This document shows, one piece after another, positions 61,054 to 64,000 of a stretch of 64,000 nucleotides of DNA. The notes below the pieces were generated by a model that was not told the origin of the DNA, did no database searches, and was given only the letters and a program-made list of their open reading frames with translations. The DNA is from an uncultured Chloroflexia bacterium (GTDB lineage: Bacteria; Chloroflexota; Dehalococcoidia; SZUA-161). Each line of letters starts with the position of its first letter. The stretch's first letter is position 1. The DNA lies in assembly GCA_963847595.1 (NCBI GenBank), contig CAWKAJ010000001.1, forward strand, positions 268,729 through 332,728, in the 5' to 3' direction. The position numbers and the translations under genes are program-made.

Positions 61054-62901
61054 TCAATGTCGGAACTTTGCGATATCCTTGTTAACTTCGGCCAGCCCGA
61101 ATTTCTTGAGAGTTTCCTGGGAAGGTATGCCGTTCTTATCCCAGCCTCTGGCTTCATAGTATTCGTCTATTATGACATCAGGCTTTCTTATGATCTCGCC
61201 GTCTCGCATTCCGCCAATCAGGGGCTCGGTGTACATTCTCTTGGGCAGGGTATCGTCCTTACGCGAGAAACCATCCCTGATGTTGAAGCATCGCTCCAGG
61301 TTGTAGACCTTCTCACCCACATGCCACAGATAGTCAGCGCTGCCAAACTTGGTCTCACCCACAGCAGCTACGAGCATACTGCCGATAAGCTCCAGGCCAT
61401 AAAGATCCAGGTTACTGGCAGGGAACGTGCAGGCGTTCACCAACTCAACGGCGGCTACATAGTCCTGGTTGTATTTAATGACATCGCCTTTGCCATCGTC
61501 CGCAGCAGCATCAAGCACGCGCGGCCTCGGGAATCCTATCTCCTGTTGAGCATATCCATAGCAGTGGTTGGCCCCTACGTTGCTCAAAGCATAATGCATG
61601 CCCAGAGCCTTTAGCGCACGCGGCTCATATCCCGGCATCTCGAGTCCTTTGACATGCATGGCGAATTCCTCAGACCCCTTGCCGATGCGTTCCGCTGCTT
61701 TCTTCACCCCCTCGGCAAGGATGTCGCCTATGCCCTTGCGGTTGCCTATCATGTCGATAAGCTTGAGCATAGGCTCCGGGTCGCCGTATTTGAGAACCAG
61801 GCCATCCGTATCCCTGGTAGTGAGGATGCCCTTCTCGAACAGCTCGTAGGCGAAGCCGATGGAATTGCCTGTGCTGATAGTATCCAGGCCCAGTTCACAG
61901 CACAGATGGTCCGCAAATACCGTAGCCCCAAGGTCGGTGCATCCTGTGGAACCGGTGAAAGCAAATATCGTCTCATAATGAGGGCCTTCGCTGTTTACCC
62001 CTGCATACGGGCCATCGGGCACCGTTCGAGTTTTCCCGCACTTAAGCATGCACGAATAGCAGCCGGAATGCTTTTGCGTGATTGCGGCATATTGCAGGAA
62101 CGAAAGCTTTTCCCATCCCTCCAGTTCATTCGAACGAAAGTTACGCACCGGGAAGGACCCCATCGAGAAACCGGGAAGGTCAACGCCCATGGGCGTGCCA
62201 TAATCACGGAACGGCTCGAAGCCCAGCCCCTCTTTGTAGCCTTTTACCTGCTGCTGCACCAGCTTCTTAAACCCATTAGGATCCACCAACTCTTCCTTGC
62301 GCTCTGACTCTATGACTACAGCCTTAAGGTTCTTGGAGGCCATGACAGTTCCCACGCCATTACGGCCAGCGGTGCGCCGGCCGCAGAAGATGCCTGCGTA
62401 GCGCACCATTTTCTCCGCGGCAGGGCCAACGCAAATCATGCGCGCTTTTGCGCCATGTTTCTTTTTCAAATATTCCTGGGTCTGGCTGACGGTCTTTCCC
62501 CAAATATCTTTGGCATCGAGTATTTCATAAGTACCGTCTTTGATGTACATGTAGGCCGGCTTCGCAGCCTTGTCTTCAAAGATTATGAGTTCGAATCCCG
62601 CCCACTTGAGCCAGGCCCCGAAATCGCCGCCGCCGCAGTTGCGGGTAAAGGTGCTGGTAAGAGGACTCTTGGTGTAGACCATCCATTTGGAAAGCGATTG
62701 AGCGCCTGTCCCCGCCAGCAGCCCTGTGCCAATCAGCAGCTTGTTTTGCTTGCCTAGAGGGTCTATGCCGGCGGGAACTTCGTCATAAAGGTACTTACTG
62801 CCTAAGCCCCGCCCTCCTACATAATCTATGGCTAGCTTTTTAGGGATATCCTCATCTTTTGCTACGCCCTGGGACAGATTTACTCTTAGAAGTTTGCGCA
62901 T
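61054..62901 (-). CDS. aldehyde:ferredoxin oxidoreductase family (tungsten-pterin enzyme)
   Basis: N-terminal LRVNLS...YVGGRGLG, cluster motif CYSCMLKC, AOR C-terminal domains. About 615 aa. Confidence 0.85.
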   Translation of the reverse strand: MRKLLRVNLSQGVAKDEDIPKKLAIDYVGGRGLGSKYLYDEVPAGIDPLGKQNKLLIGTGLLAGTGAQSLSKWMVYTKSPLTSTFTRNCGGGDFGAWLKWAGFELIIFEDKAAKPAYMYIKDGTYEILDAKDIWGKTVSQTQEYLKKKHGAKARMICVGPAAEKMVRYAGIFCGRRTAGRNGVGTVMASKNLKAVVIESERKEELVDPNGFKKLVQQQVKGYKEGLGFEPFRDYGTPMGVDLPGFSMGSFPVRNFRSNELEGWEKLSFLQYAAITQKHSGCYSCMLKCGKTRTVPDGPYAGVNSEGPHYETIFAFTGSTGCTDLGATVFADHLCCELGLDTISTGNSIGFAYELFEKGILTTRDTDGLVLKYGDPEPMLKLIDMIGNRKGIGDILAEGVKKAAERIGKGSEEFAMHVKGLEMPGYEPRALKALGMHYALSNVGANHCYGYAQQEIGFPRPRVLDAAADDGKGDVIKYNQDYVAAVELVNACTFPASNLDLYGLELIGSMLVAAVGETKFGSADYLWHVGEKVYNLERCFNIRDGFSRKDDTLPKRMYTEPLIGGMRDGEIIRKPDVIIDEYYEARGWDKNGIPSQETLKKFGLAEVNKDIAKFRH

Positions 62902-64000
62902 GTCTTCCTCCTTTCCCTGCCGCACTTTTTATCGTGTGTTTCTTTAGTTGGGTGCCCCTGGATATATCGCCAAGCTGCTTCAGAAAGCGAAACTGCTTTA
63001 CAATCCTTTCGGAAAGTGGAAAAGCTATCTGAAAAACCTTCTCGGAAGCGGGCTGTCCCACATTCCAAACCGAGTCCCCAGCGAAGTACAGTCCCTGAAT
63101 ATTGGGCGACTGTATATTGACCTCTACCGGTACCGGACCATAGGCGTATCTGCCATGGCTGAGCTGCACATTAAGCCCCTCGTATTCGATAGCTTTTTTG
63201 AAGCCAGGGAAAGCCTTCTCCATGGCGTCCTTAAACATCTTGTTCGCCTGCCGCACTTTCTCCATGGGAGCGGTAAGGCCGAAATGGGTGAGTTCTGAAG
63301 AGCCGGAAATATAGGAGCAGACAAGCTGTTTCCCCTTCGGCTCCGTGGCATTGATGAACGAGCCCAGGCACCAATCTCCTACGTAGGTGGGAAGACCGTA
63401 ATCAACATCGAAAATATGTATCCAGCCATGACCCTTTCTGGGCAAAACATCCTTGCGCAGAAGGTAGAATCCCGATAAGTCCTGGACAGCGCGACTCCCT
63501 ATTAGCCTGATAGCCTCAAGCCAGTCATCCGTGAGGAGATCGCTCCCGAGAATATGCTGCGCTACCGCTTCGAAGATAGGCATGGCACATACGACCACCG
63601 GAGCACTATACTCCTCCAGCATGAAGCGCATGTGGTCGTCGTGAACAACGACTCCTTTTACCTTCCCATCTTCGACGACGATGCTTCTGGCTGTACTGTG
63701 GGTAATGAGCTTCCCGCCGTGCTCGGTGATATAGGTTGCCAGAGGCACTATTATCGCATCTTCCAGAGTTCCGTGCTTGGGATAATAGGTTACGACGCCG
63801 CCGACGCGGGGAAAGGCGCTCCAGGCATTGGCGATAAACCCGAAGCTCATGTCCTTGATGGGTGCACCGACAACCGGTTCCATGCCATAGAGGACTGCCT
63901 TTGCCATAGGGTCTTCGATATTCTTATCGATCCAGTCAGCAAAACATACATTTGTCACCTGGCGACACTCGTCCTCAGACATATCCGATGTGATGGTGGC
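62852..64000 (-). CDS. CrtI-family flavoprotein, paralog 3; N-terminal FAD-binding part lies beyond the right edge of the window
   Basis: C-terminal YFAGDSV motif and family-like core. No GxGxxG within the window, so the gene is 5'-truncated by the window edge. Overlaps the AOR start by about 50 nt. Confidence 0.6.
   Translation of the reverse strand, partial: ATITSDMSEDECRQVTNVCFADWIDKNIEDPMAKAVLYGMEPVVGAPIKDMSFGFIANAWSAFPRVGGVVTYYPKHGTLEDAIIVPLATYITEHGGKLITHSTARSIVVEDGKVKGVVVHDDHMRFMLEEYSAPVVVCAMPIFEAVAQHILGSDLLTDDWLEAIRLIGSRAVQDLSGFYLLRKDVLPRKGHGWIHIFDVDYGLPTYVGDWCLGSFINATEPKGKQLVCSYISGSSELTHFGLTAPMEKVRQANKMFKDAMEKAFPGFKKAIEYEGLNVQLSHGRYAYGPVPVEVNIQSPNIQGLYFAGDSVWNVGQPASEKVFQIAFPLSERIVKQFRFLKQLGDISRGTQLKKHTIKSAAGKGGRHAQTSKSKSVPGRSKR

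Overview
This 64-kb window has high G+C (about 58-60% by eye). It looks like a chromosomal segment of an anaerobic bacterium, plausibly Chloroflexota/Dehalococcoidia-like; this is a guess from gene content, not a database result. Housekeeping genes form the backbone: partial tilS, a dnaJ-hspR heat-shock pair, clpC, glpX, tsaD, dprA-topA-xerC, aroQ, an M24 aminopeptidase-efp pair, tig-clpP and aspS. Interspersed are anaerobic catabolic modules: two tandem family-III CoA-transferases; an NMO/FabK-like reductase plus acyl-CoA dehydrogenase plus EtfB/EtfA with a ferredoxin-fused EtfA; a multi-PAS histidine kinase/OmpR regulator next to iorAB and an FrhB-like Fe-S flavoprotein; a lower-G+C islet carrying a DhlA-type haloalkane dehalogenase, a CN-hydrolase, a SagB-type nitroreductase and an SDR. 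At the right edge sits a large co-directional minus-strand cluster: IlvD/EDD dehydratase, iron-sulfur flavoprotein (Isf)-like, CoA-transferase A/B, two hypotheticals, Zn-ADH, three CrtI-family flavoproteins and a tungsten-type aldehyde:ferredoxin oxidoreductase (AOR). I regard this cluster as the best candidate for an undescribed pathway. Intergenic regions carry several dispersed repeat families: GTAGGGGC...GCCCCTAC palindromes, G5/C5 double-hairpin elements, and an ATGTCATTGCGAG-terminated MITE-like element. Two perfect sigma70-type promoters overlap palindromic operators, one at dnaJ and one at an XRE-regulated module. No tRNA, rRNA, CRISPR array or obvious prophage was seen.
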